Source of the DNA: Selaginella moellendorffii
Taxonomy: Eukaryota; Plantae; Lycopodiophyta
NCBI RefSeq assembly: GCF_000143415.4
Contig: NW_003314279.1
Location: 2,172,191-2,236,190, forward strand
Reading direction: 5' to 3'
Length of the DNA: 64,000 nucleotides
Notes under the pieces: generated by a model
Database searches by the model: none
What the model was told of the DNA's origin: nothing
Seen by the model: only the letters and a program-made list of their open reading frames with translations
Program-made: the position numbers and the translations under genes
Part shown: positions 12,812 through 23,790 of the stretch, one piece after another
Numbering within the stretch: the stretch's first letter is position 1
Layout of the letters: every line of letters begins with the position of its first letter

Positions 12812-13889
12812 AAGCAAATGCGCTGGTACTCTTTCAAACGTAGCGGTGGACAGCCTCAATTTTGGAAACTTCTCTCTTTCATCTCTTTCCTCTTCCTCTC
12901 TTCTTGTACAAATACCAAAGCATTTCCATTCTCTCTTTTCTTTGTTCTTGGAGAGTTCTTTGTGAGAGTTCTTTGTGATTAGGCTCTTGGTGGAGTTCTT
13001 TTCGTATCATCTTATCGACCAAAGCTCATCGCTTGTCATCGTTTCGCGAGCGTTCTCTGGGTGAAAAACTTGGTTTTGCGCGTTTTTTTTTTATTCTCTG
13101 TTTTTCCGTAGATTTCGAGCACCAAATCCGATCCTGCTGCCCCTCCCCGGAAGAACGAACTGTAGCATAGCAGCAGCCAACATCACGCAGAATCCAGAGT
13201 GCCTTGGAGGGCCTACTCCTCCACAGCACACAAATCACACTATAAACACCGCTGCGCGGCTATGCCTCGGGAGAACAAACTCGGCTCCTTTTCCCCGCTT
13301 CTTTTCTTTCTTTTTCTCGCTCTTCCTGGGTCGATGAGAGGAGTCCCTGGAAAGAGAAGGATGATACAGAAAAATACAAATAAAGTAACGTAGAAAGGAA
13401 ATCTCGTACCTCGCTTGCGATGATAACATCCGAATCAGTTGCTGTGGTTTTTGTCTGAAAGGCTCTGTGTTCTGGAAACTTTTCCCTGCTTGTCTCCTGT
13501 TCCCGGCTGCTGGCGCTGTTAACGGAGAACACTTTCGCTTTAAAGCCTTTCTTCTTGTTCTTTCGAGTCAGCAGCAGCGGCAACAGTGGCAACGGCAGCA
13601 GCGGCGTTTTGTTTCTCCTTCAAGATTGATGGCTGGAGCGACCTGCGGCAGAAGTGAGCTCAATGAGAGATGCCGCGGACAGCAATGGCGACGACCACGA
13701 GGCCGGAAACCAGAAAATCCAAAGAGCATGACGGTTACCTTCAGCTGAAGTGACGACTGTGTTTTTCTTCTCGTCGAGTAGCAAATGGCCTGTAAATAGA
13801 ACGGAAACCGCAAGAAGCAAAATGGCTCAAACTTATTCCATTTCTCGAAAGCATCGAGCTATAAAAGAATAATTTTTCGTCTTTGGCAG

Positions 13890-15156
13890 TTAATCCAAAC
13901 CTTGTGCGAGAGTATTAAAATCCGTAACACACCAGTCAGCTCCAGCTGCAACGTTGGGACGCATTTGGACGCCTGCGAAGCAGATGAAAATATCCGCACC
14001 ACCGGGCATTCGCGCCTATAAATTTTCACAGTTAAGACAGGTGATCTGGTACTAGAACGACGTAAAACTCACCTCAAGATCCGTAGCTCCATCTCCGATC
14101 ATGACCATTCTCTTGTAGCCATGCTGCTGTTATAACGAACGGCAAATATCAGCATAACCGCAAAATAGTGTAGAAAAATGCACGCAAACCTTTTTTATCA
14201 GAGCAATGGCAGTAGCTTTACCACCACTCCGTGACGTCGGCTCGTCCTCGTCAAAGCCATCAAATCCTCCGGCGTCATCAAACACCAACCGGTTCGCAAA
14301 AATGTTTTCTTTAGGAATGCCCAGAAGCACTGCTGCAGGCTGTGCGCACGCACACACGAGCACACGCAAAGTTCTAGTTCAAAGGACCCAGAGTTTTATA
14401 GCACGCGCAGTACCTCGATCATCTGCCTGAAACCTCCAGATACCAGGTATACTTGCGTGCCTCTCGAGTGGACCTTTTCCACGAGCTCCCGTATTCCTGG
14501 CGTCAGTCTATTATATGTAGCACACATAGAGCTCAGAGTCGAGAACTAAAATTCCTTACTTTGGCGGATGGCTGGTCAGGTACTGGTTCACGACGGACAG
14601 AGACGGTCGAAACAATCCTAGCCTTGCAGCTAGTGCTTGTTGAAAAGTCACAGTTCCGCCCATAGCTCTGAAAGAAAGATACTTAAGTCACAAGAGTACG
14701 CAAAAGTTCTTTTCTATTTTTCTTTCTTTCTTACTTGGCAGTCCAGGACGCAACAGCTTCTCCGGCCCCGCAGTAGCTGGCCAATTCATCTATCCCCTCG
14801 TCAACGCAGACTGTGCTATCCACATCGAAGCACACGGCCTCGGCAGTTCTCCACAATTCGAGCACATCTACGCATTTTTATTTTTTTAATTTTGTTCTCA
14901 AGAGATTGAGTGAAAGAATCAGTAGAAAAGAGGGCATACCTCTAGATGGAGCAACAATGGGCTGCATTGTCGAATCCACAGCTCCTGCTGCCAAGATCGT
15001 CCATCGGCCTTTCGACGGCAAAATTTGCTGCCTCTGCCTCAAACTCACAGCAGATCCGGCCTGGAAGAGCTTGAATCGCAGCGGCGGCTGCGCGGAAGAC
15101 GTGTTTGGCAGCCGATTCGCCGGGTGCGCGAGCCGCACCATGGCACCCAGCTCCAT
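13890..15156 (-). CDS. PSP1: Plastid phosphoserine phosphatase (HAD family), multi-exon
   Basis: AVCFDVDSTVCVDEGIDELA (DxDxT), GFDEDEPTSRSGGKA, MIGDGATDLE and a transit-peptide-like N-terminus. Confidence 0.93.
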
Positions 15157-15241
15157 GATCTAAGCCCCAACATCGTAAACCCTAAACTCATACAGCGCTT
15201 TAAGAGAATCTTTTACATCGTAGCGAAAGAATATCCTATAT

Positions 15242-15664
15242 TCAGGTGTGGAGGTAATTTGCCGCCATCAAGAGCTCCAGCGTCATCTCGGGCTCGATAT
15301 GGAACTCGGTCTCTTTTCCACTGCAAGGAAGAACAACGAAGAAAAAATCCAAGCATTGTGGCAATCGATCGATCAATCGCTTCGCTCACCTCGCAAATTG
15401 CAATGACCAGTAGAAGTACTGGCACACTTTCTCGAGAATCGGCGTGCTGATCTCTGGAAATCTGACCTCTCCCAATTCGGTCTCGGTAAAGCTCCCTAGA
15501 ACGCCGAGAATCTCAGAGAGGAATTTTCAGTGAATCTCCCGAGGGCTACCTGCGGATGTGAGCATGTTCTTGAGCGTGTTCGACACGAGCGCGGCCTTTC
15601 GATCGATGATGAACTCGAATCCCTCGGCGCTGATGAGCGTCACCGTGTCTTCCTTCCTCACCAT
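15242..15664 (-). CDS. ELOC: Elongin C (SKP1/BTB fold), 3 exons
   Basis: MVRKEDTVTLISAEGFEFIIDRKAALVSNTLKNMLTS...EISTPILEKVCQYFYW...EFHIEPEMTLELLMAANYLHT*. Confidence 0.93.
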
Positions 15665-15725
15665 GGCAAAAGACCTCTCCTTCTCCACAAACCCTAGCGA
15701 AGAGCCCTAAAAAAGCTTTTGGAGT

Positions 15726-16060
15726 ATGGTAGGGGAGATCTTTGGATCGATTGATCTATCGATCTAATGCGCTCGCCGGATCTTTGCAGTCGGCGCTCTT
15801 CAACTTCCAATCGTTCCTCACAGTGGCGCTCCTGGTGATCTGTACGTGCACATTCGTCAAGCTCCAGTTCCCGAGCTTCATGAATCGCAAGACTGGGTAC
15901 GCGGCATTTTTCCATTTCCTGGCTTTGATCTCTAGATCCGACGCTCGAGCTACACAGATTTCGAGGAGTTTTCTGGAAAGCTGCTCGGATCGGGGAGCGA
16001 TTGAGCCCTTGGGTAGCAGCAGCGTGTCTGGTAATGGGATTATACATGCTAGTCTTTTAG
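15726..16060 (+). CDS. TMEM167: Protein Kish / TMEM167, 3 exons
   Basis: ATG, intron 15729-15789, then [22 protein letters not shown]...[22 protein letters not shown]...*. Confidence 0.92.
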
Positions 16061-16191
16061 ATGAAATTTATTTCTTTGGAGCAAAGCTAGAACACCTTAA
16101 AGATTTCCAGCCGAGGATTTTCACAAGAACTTCCTTCTATCAGGTATCAAACTCTTGTTCTTCTCCATCCTATCGGGAACAAACTCTTCTT

Positions 16192-17053
16192 TCAGCTTGC
16201 CTCCGAGATTTTCACTCCGGATGAGACTGTGGCTTGATCAAGCCCGTGAAGAGCGTCGATAAGTTGGAGCCGGAGAGAGGCCGGGCCGCTTGCCTTGCTC
16301 ATGCCGATCTCTCCGGCCAGGCCGAAGAGCGCTAGAGCAAACGCGCAAGCCTCTAGGTGCTGCTCGCGGGGGTAGACCGCTGCAAACGCCGCGATGAGAG
16401 CCGTGACCGAGCAGCCAGACGCAGTGATCTTCTGGAGCATCGGCACTCCATTGCTCACGCTCACCACTCTCGTCCCGTCCGTGACCAAGTCCACCGCTCC
16501 AGAGACCGCGACGACGCAGTGATACTTCTCCGCCAGCGATTTTGCTGCTCCGAGAGCCTGGGACGGATCATGGGCACTGTCCACTCCCTGTGCATTGATC
16601 GAACGAAGAGAAAAAACGATTTTTCAGAAGAAGAACCGGAGATGGTACCTTGGTGGGCGGAAGATTTGACGCTCTGGACAGCGCAAGGATCTCGGAAGCA
16701 TTGCCTCTCACGATCGAGGGGCCGAGAGCGAGGAGCTCGATGCAGGCCGAGGTTCGAAAGCTGGTGGCGCCGGCGGCGACGGGATCCAGGACCCAAGGCT
16801 TGTTGAGTTGCCGAGCTCTCGCTCCAGCGGCCTTCATCGACGCGAGCCACTCGGGCGAGAGGGTGCCAGCGTTGATGCACAGAGCGTCGGCTATGGCGAC
16901 GAACTCGTCGATCTCGTCGATGGCGTGCGCCATCGCCGGGGATGCTCCGGCGGCGAGAAGCGTGTTGGCCATGAAATCCATGGACACGAAGTTCGTGATG
17001 CACTGGACGAGTGGATTTGCGTCCCTCATCTTGGCCAGCGCCTCCCACGCCAT
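16192..17053 (-). CDS. THIM: Hydroxyethylthiazole kinase (thiamine salvage), 2 coding exons
   Basis: PLVQCITNFVSMDFMANTLLAAGASPAM, PWVLDPVAAGAT, RGNASEI and KITASGCSV. A splice acceptor at ~17080 suggests a 5'-UTR intron. Confidence 0.93.
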
Positions 17054-17206
17054 CTCCCTGGAGCTCTGGAAGGAACCCACTGCGAGGAACTAAGAAGAGA
17101 AGAAAAATACCTCGTTTCCTCGATCACGATGTTACTATGGTTTTTGCCAGCGTTCTAGCTTTAGCCAGGAAGTTGAAAGACCTGGAAGTGGTATAGATCA
17201 CAAGAA

Positions 17207-17719
17207 TCACAGTGGAAGATTGAGGCCTTTGCCGACTTCAATCCCAAAAGTTTGCAAAATGCCTCTTCCCAGGATCTATCACGAAGAACACTAGCGTAAA
17301 TTCTCGAGTTAGAGAGAAAAAAACGAAGTTACCAGTTCCACGAGCGTCATTCCGACAATGCCCAGCATCGCAGTACGAGCATTCCACAACTCGGCCGTGC
17401 TTGTGAATCCCCAGAACGCCACTGGAAGCTTGGGATTCTCTTTAGGAAGATCTATCTGCAAGAACGATCCAGGCCAGAATCAAAAGCCTCCAAGGGAGAG
17501 AGAGCACTCACTCCTTTCAGCTTGGGAGAAGCCGCACGAACACACGGCATGGAGCGGCTGCCACGAACGCCATAGCTGTGAGGAACGCCATAGCTGCGCA
17601 GCTGGAAGAATTTCATGGGAGCGTTCTGCCGGATAAGAGAATACCGACCTTGGATTGCCGCGACGAGAGACCAGCGCGCTTCCAAACAAGCTGGTTGGCG
17701 CGATGGCCGCCATCGCCAT
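17207..17719 (-). CDS. OHP1: One-helix protein 1 (LHC-like), ~4 exons
   Basis: Transit peptide plus FWGFTSTAELWNARTAMLGIVGMTLVEL/ILGRGILQTFGIEVGKG, containing the ExxNxR chlorophyll-binding helix. Confidence 0.9.
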
Positions 17720-18300
17720 TTCTTCTCCGCCACACACAGCCTATCCCCCCCGCTCTAGCTGGAGGAATTAGGTTTGGAAAGTTTGCTTTAGTCCATGGAG
17801 TTTGGCCGGGCATTAGAAAGAGTGGAGAAGAACGAGCCCTGGAAGAAAGGTGGCGCCTTTACCAGAGAAAAACGAGGGCAAGCATGGCGTTGCTAACCGT
17901 TGAAGCATCTGCCACGTGGCGCGACCGTGGCCGCCGATTGGTGCTCGATGATGGTAGCGAGAAAGAAAGTCTCCATGGAGAGAAAGAGCTACAGCGCCAT
18001 GGAAGGGCGTGTAGGCTAGGTTGAATCCTTGTTCCATTTCATGCTTGGGGGGATTTTCTCGTGGTATCGATGGCGCATTCTATGGCGCCTCATGGAGCCG
18101 CTTCGCTTGTCGCTGGAAGGAGGAAGAGGCGGAGCTCCTGCTAGGGTGTAGGGTTTTACTAGGGCTCCTTCGCTCCAGTGCCTCCGCGCCATCGCCACGG
18201 CGAAATCCTCCTCGGCTGGTCTGTGATTTTTCTATATTTCTCCCCTTCTCTCGCTCGATCGGAGGAAGATTATGGCTCGCGGCGATGGCGTGAGAAGATA

Positions 18301-20288
18301 ATGGTGGGGAAGTTCATCTGTGCCTCTGCCGCTGCCGCTCCTCAAGAGAGAACTGTGGAGGAGCCACACCAAGGGGCGGTGAGCATGAAGTACTGGGACG
18401 ATTGGGCCGATCCCCAGGACATGGATGCAATGTGGTCTCATCCGGAGATCAACAAGGAATGGATCGCTGCCGGAGAGATTTTCGGCAAGAAAGTTCACAT
18501 GCTGAGGGATCCAGATGGAAGGCCTTATATCACCCAGACCGAATTGCAGGTGAGAGGAATTCTTTGTTTTGGAGCTCATGCGATTCTTTCTATTTGTTTT
18601 GGCAGGCTATCGCAGAGATTCTTGTCAAGAGACACTTTAGAGGCAAGATCAGCCAAGTGAGTGTGTTCTATCGTATAGTTTTATCTTTTTTTTTCCTTCC
18701 CTTTCTCTTGACAGACCACTTGTAGGCCATGATATGCGCTGTCGCGGAGATTGAAAGCCAAAGACACCCGCTTGCGTACACTTACAATTCCAGGATCAAA
18801 GATGTGCTCTGTGGGCTCATGAAAATGCGAAAGTCTACGGTGGAATGGCTCTCAAGGTACTAAAACATGCTTGGCTAGTGATTGATTCTCGAAAGTTTGC
18901 TCAGGGAGAAGGATTATGGAGCATACGCCGTGGACTGGAAAACTTCGATGCTCTTCAAACCATTTGTTGGAGTATATTATGGTGCTGCGTACTTGAGTTG
19001 GCTATCATCGTACGAGGGCAAGTATGTGGTGCATGTAGTTTTTTCAACTCACTTTTTTTGGCACTTTGGCAGGAGGAAAACTGAGGAGTTTATTGTCCGC
19101 GCCTACCACTCTGGCCCCAAAGATGCCAACAGCAAACAGTCTTTAGCGTATTGGAATAAGTATCTAAGTGCCAAGCAAAGCCTCCCAACGAGATGGTTTG
19201 AGTTGGTATGGCATTGGAACTGCGTTGCTAAATTGATTCCGTGCTGCAGGGACATCCCAAATCCGCACAACTCTCCACCTCCTGTAGAGAAGGAAAAGCC
19301 GTCGATTGGAACGGCGAAAAAGCTTCTCTATGAAACGTCTCCAGGTCAGAAGATCAGAAGGCTGGCTACATTCAATGGCTGATTCATCAAATCTCGTAAG
19401 CAGGTCGCAAATGGATTTACTGGGAGGAAAAGACTTCGCCTGAAGATATGTCTGACATGTGGAGGCATCCCGAACTGAGAAAGGAGTGGACAAGAACCGG
19501 AGAAAAACCAGGAAAAGTACGCTTCTCGCTCGATGGCGAGATGCGACCTCACCTCAAGAAAGTTGAACTTAAGGTGGGCTGGAATTTTCTTCTTCGAATG
19601 TCGATCACGCAATGAACTTCATCACGCAGGCTGTTGCTGAAATAATTGTGGCCAAATACTTCTCCGACAGGGGAATGAGTCCGGTAAGAAGGTTCTTTAC
19701 GACATTATCTTGACTCGGACTTTTTCCAGGCCATGCTTTGTACAATTGCCGAGATTAGCAGCAAGCGACTGCTTTTCGGGACCGATACAGGAATCATGCA
19801 GACACCATTTTCCACAGCTGCGTGGCTTTACACGTAAGTTCCTGTCGAAGTTTCCAATCTAAGTTTCCAGAACTTTTTTTGCTTTCCAGGAACCTTGGAT
19901 ACAAATCATACAAGCTAAAGTCCGCGGAGGACCTGACAAAGCCATTCGTGTCAATGTATTTCGGTGCGGCATACGTGTGCTGGCTATCAACACACGGCGG
20001 AAGGTATCCATCCTCATCTTTTTTGCGTGGCTTACCCGCGATCCAATTTTGTTCTTCCTCTTGACAGGACAAGAAGCGATCAGTTCATTGTACAATCCTA
20101 TCGGGGGGGGCCACAGAAAGTCGAGAGCTCCGAAGCTGGACCCTTTTGGCTCAAGTACATTGACAATCTTCCCCAATATCTCACAAACCACAAGTAAAAA
20201 TCTCTTCTTTTTACTCGCAAGACGAATTTTTAACTCGCGTCTCTCTCTCACTTTCAGGACCCGTCACGCTGCCTGCTGCATCCAGTAA
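18301..20288 (+). CDS. Plant protein with two lysozyme-like/SLT transglycosylase-type domains, multi-exon
   Basis: Two repeats of W..MW.HP....EW...RD....YL, AM(I/L)C..AEI, and L.KPFV..Y.GAAY..WLS. Ends in CCIQ*. Confidence 0.78.
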
Positions 20289-20409
20289 GAAAAATTCACA
20301 CGTTGTGTAAATTAATAGTAAAAGCAGCAAAGCAACAAAATGGGGGGTTTTTGATAAGCCGGTTTAGGGTTTTAGGGTTTAGTTTGTTTCTAGGGTTTAA
20401 CGGGCAGCG

Positions 20410-22774
20410 ATGAACGCGATCGCGCATCCGGCGAGGCGCTACGCCCTCTGGGCCTCGGTGCCGCTGTCAGGTGATCTGCATTCTCAGCTCTATCCCTCTT
20501 GGATCGCAATTTTGATCCAATTCTGGGCGATCTTTCCAGTTGGAGGGCTTTGGGCGCTTTCGTACTACCTGCGCGAGCGAGAACCAGTGCCCGATATTGT
20601 GCCCGGCGGGACGTTTGAGCCACAGCCAGGCCAGAAGCTTCCGCCAAATATGCCCAAGCTCATCACAAACGAGGACACTGGAAAATGGAGCATTTACACG
20701 AGCAGAGGCAAGAATCTCTTCACCCAGGTAAGCGATTTTCTTCGCTTCTGGGATTCATACGAGAGATTCTCTTCGACAGGGTCGGCTTGATGAAGCCGAG
20801 AAGTATCTGGTTAAAGCCATCGATCACGCAAAGAAGGGATTTGGTGAAGAGGATGCGCATGTCGCTACCAGTTTCAACAATCTCGTGAGTTTTCTCTCCT
20901 TTTTCTTTGTTTAGTTCTTGGTGGATCTATGCGGTAACTCTCTTGTGCTTTACAGGCAGAGCTCTACAGGCTAAAGAAGGAGTACAAGAAGGCGGAGCCT
21001 CTGTATATTGATGCTATAAGTCTTTTGGAACAGTCAATGGGTCCGGAACATCCAAGGTTACATGCTTTGATTTTTCTCACGTTTTAATCGTCTTCGGTTC
21101 TCTGCAGTGTGGGCTTCGCGTTACACAATCTCGGAGGGTTCTACCTCCTCCAGGACAATTTTCCAAAGGCCATTGAATATTACGAGGTTGGACGTTTTGC
21201 TATCGTTTTTACTCCTTTTATTGACCATTTTACTGACAACCAGTTTCTTCGTTTCAAAACTTTTTCAATAGCGAGCACTTAAGGTGGATTTTACTTTTTA
21301 TGTTTCTAAGATCCTTTCGTGACAATTTCTCTGGTAGATCAAAGGAAGGGGCCTTGGTTTGAATCATCCTGAATACGCGAACACTATGTTTCACCTCGGC
21401 AAGGTATGAAAGCTTGACAACAATGGTCATTTGCATCCCGACGTTATGAACTTTTTGTTTCTTTTCTTACAGGCAATGCAGTTAACCGGGAAGCCAACGG
21501 AGGCTGAGACGCTTATTCGTCACTCAATACAAATTCTAGAGGTTTTGTCACTCTTTCTGTTTGCCGGTCAATCTCAATGACGTTGGAATGCACAGGACGG
21601 CGGTTATGGCCAATCACAGAGTGCCATTCGAAGAATGGTGGTTCTCGCAGAGGTGAAAATTTATCTATTCCGGAAAAAGGTCATGTTCTAAGCTCTTTAA
21701 ATGCAGATTCTGACACAAACAAATCAACTCCAAGAAGCGGAAAATTTGCAGAGAAAGATCTTACACAGCGTTGAAATCACGCAGGTAGAACATCAGCCAG
21801 CTTTCTTCTTTATCGATTGTTCTTTCAGGGTCCTGAAGCTGCAAGCACTATCTATGCATTGGAAAGCTTGGCAGAGACACTTCAACTGCAAGGCAACTTC
21901 GATGAGGCAGAGGAACTGCTCAAGAGGTTGTTCTTTTGTATTTATTGACGTCGATGCCAAAAAAGTGGTAAGCAGGTGTCTCGACTTGCGGCAAAAGAGT
22001 AATAGCGGCGACCATATTCAGGTGGTAAAATTATGACTAGTATTTGACGACATTTTGGAGTTTGTGATTGCTAGATCTGGGCCACCTTGTTCAAGCTGGC
22101 ATGCGTAGCGATGGGCCGTGCTAAAAGACATGAAGGCGACGGTGCTAAAGATGCAACGGCTGCGGAGTACGATAAAGCAATGACACTCCTCCAGCAAGCT
22201 ATCAAGTAAACAAAGCTGTGTTTTTATAATTCTTTGCGCATGATGACTCAGTGCCTTTGACGTAGGATTGCAGAGAATAACTGGAAGCAAGTGACATCGG
22301 CTTCGGATGAAGTAAAAAGTTCTTATTTTCTCCCACTGGTAATGCTGCTGTTCCTGGTTCTCGTCTTTTCTCATTAAAATATGCCTCCCTCCAGGTACAA
22401 TCGTTGAGCATGGCTGGTCTAGTCAGTGTGAAGAACCTTGAAGCGTCGGGAAATACTGCGGTAAAGCATCACTCCTCTCTGGCGACGCTAAGTTGTGTGT
22501 CCACTGTAGGATGAAGGGGTGAAATTGGGAGAAAAGGCATTGCGGCAATGCCTGGAGATTTTCAACTCCACGGTATGCTCTTTTTGGTCTCAATTGTAAG
22601 CAGTGGTCTGGTTGCAAATTCATCCAGGATGTGCCCGATGTTGGGGCGGCGAGGGAGAAGCTGAAATGCACCGAGCGGCTTGAAAAGCTTACTCGTTTGA
22701 TGCACGGGAACACGGCCGAAGCCAAGCGGCTTAGAAAGGAAGCGTCTCGTCTCAAGGCTGAAGTGCCTGGCTGA
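20410..22774 (+). CDS. Kinesin-light-chain-type TPR protein, many exons
   Basis: KWSIYTSRGKNLFTQ/GRLDEAEKYL...AKKGFGEEDAHVATSFNNL/AELYRLKKEYKKAEPLY...GPEHP TPR repeats. Confidence 0.85.
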
Positions 22775-23530
22775 AGAACAAAAGAACTGCGAGCTTGAGG
22801 TAATCCATAAGTATAGAGCTTTGTTAAAATTTGAGGGAAGAAATAACAAGCGCGCTCTCTGTCTTTTTCGCTCTCTCTGGCTTGTTTCAGATGTACTTGG
22901 TGTAATAAGGTGCCCACTCGCGCCGCGGTGGATCGGCGCGTCCTGCCACAGTGATCGAGTTTTGCGTTTCATCCTTGACAACAGATTCAACACCTGAATT
23001 TGGAGCGATTCATCAACGGAGAAGATGCTACGTACGTACTCTCTAATTTGTTGAGAACTCTTTTCAGCCTCTGTTCCCAGCCTGCAATGCACAGCAATGT
23101 TACCTTGACTTCCATCTCGCCCAGATGTTTGGAACGAGTGCTTGGTGGAGCTCTTTCCATTCTGTAGTAGCAAAAGAGTGTGCCCCCATCATCCTTCTAA
23201 AAAGATAACTCCACCAACGTTCTCGCTGGATTTCCTTTTAGTTGGTCGGTCTTTCGCAGGGCACCGACAAATCGAAAAAAGAGAATAAGAATCCACTTAT
23301 TAAAGTTTATTGTTTTGAAAGGTGTTCAAGTTTCTATGGTTTGGATGACTTGCTGGAAGCAAGACCTGGAGCAAGCCGAGATGGTCCCTCAAAGGCATGC
23401 TGTAGAGAGTCTAAGTTGCCGTGCATGCTCACCAGCGCACAGATGGATCAAAGCTCCATCTCTCAGCTGATTATGCCTTCCCAAATAAGGATATCTCCCC
23501 GACTGGAGCTTTCATTTAACAAGAAGCTAA

Positions 23531-23581
23531 AAAAATTTGGACCATTTCTCGATTTGTGCGTGTCATCCTTGCGCAGGGGCC

Positions 23582-23613
<32 letters not shown>

Positions 23614-23633
23614 TCTGGTGTCTCCGAAGAGAC
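23531..23633 (-). ncRNA. U6: U6 spliceosomal snRNA
   Basis: GTCTCTTCGGAGAC 5' stem, ACAGAGAAG box, GATTAGCATGGCCCCTGCGCAAGGATGACACGC and an oligo-T terminator. Confidence 0.98.
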
Positions 23634-23656
23634 ATAAGTAAGTTAGGAAGCGTGGG

Positions 23657-23699
23657 TATTTATATGGCTTGATCGCGAAGTGTTTTGGGCATGTGGGAT
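23657..23699 (-). promoter_or_regulatory. U6 Pol III promoter: USE and TATA box
   Basis: USE ATCCCACATGC (23689-23699; consensus RTCCCACATCG) and TATA ATATAAATA (23657-23665), ~24 bp apart as expected for Pol III snRNA genes. Confidence 0.88.
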
Positions 23700-23790
23700 A
23701 GGGCTTCTTCACAGCCCTATACCCTAACCCTAACTTAAATTTATTATAAAATGAAATTCAAAATAGTATGTACATTCTTGAGAAAATCTT

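Noticed and set aside
16060-17200. TPP riboswitch near THIM
   Set aside because: No aptamer core was seen; plant TPP riboswitches are associated with THIC/THI1.
22562-23230. 203-aa minus ORF, with an upstream ERH-like MGHTLLLLQ start
   Set aside because: Similarity does not extend, and it overlaps the TPR gene's 3' end.
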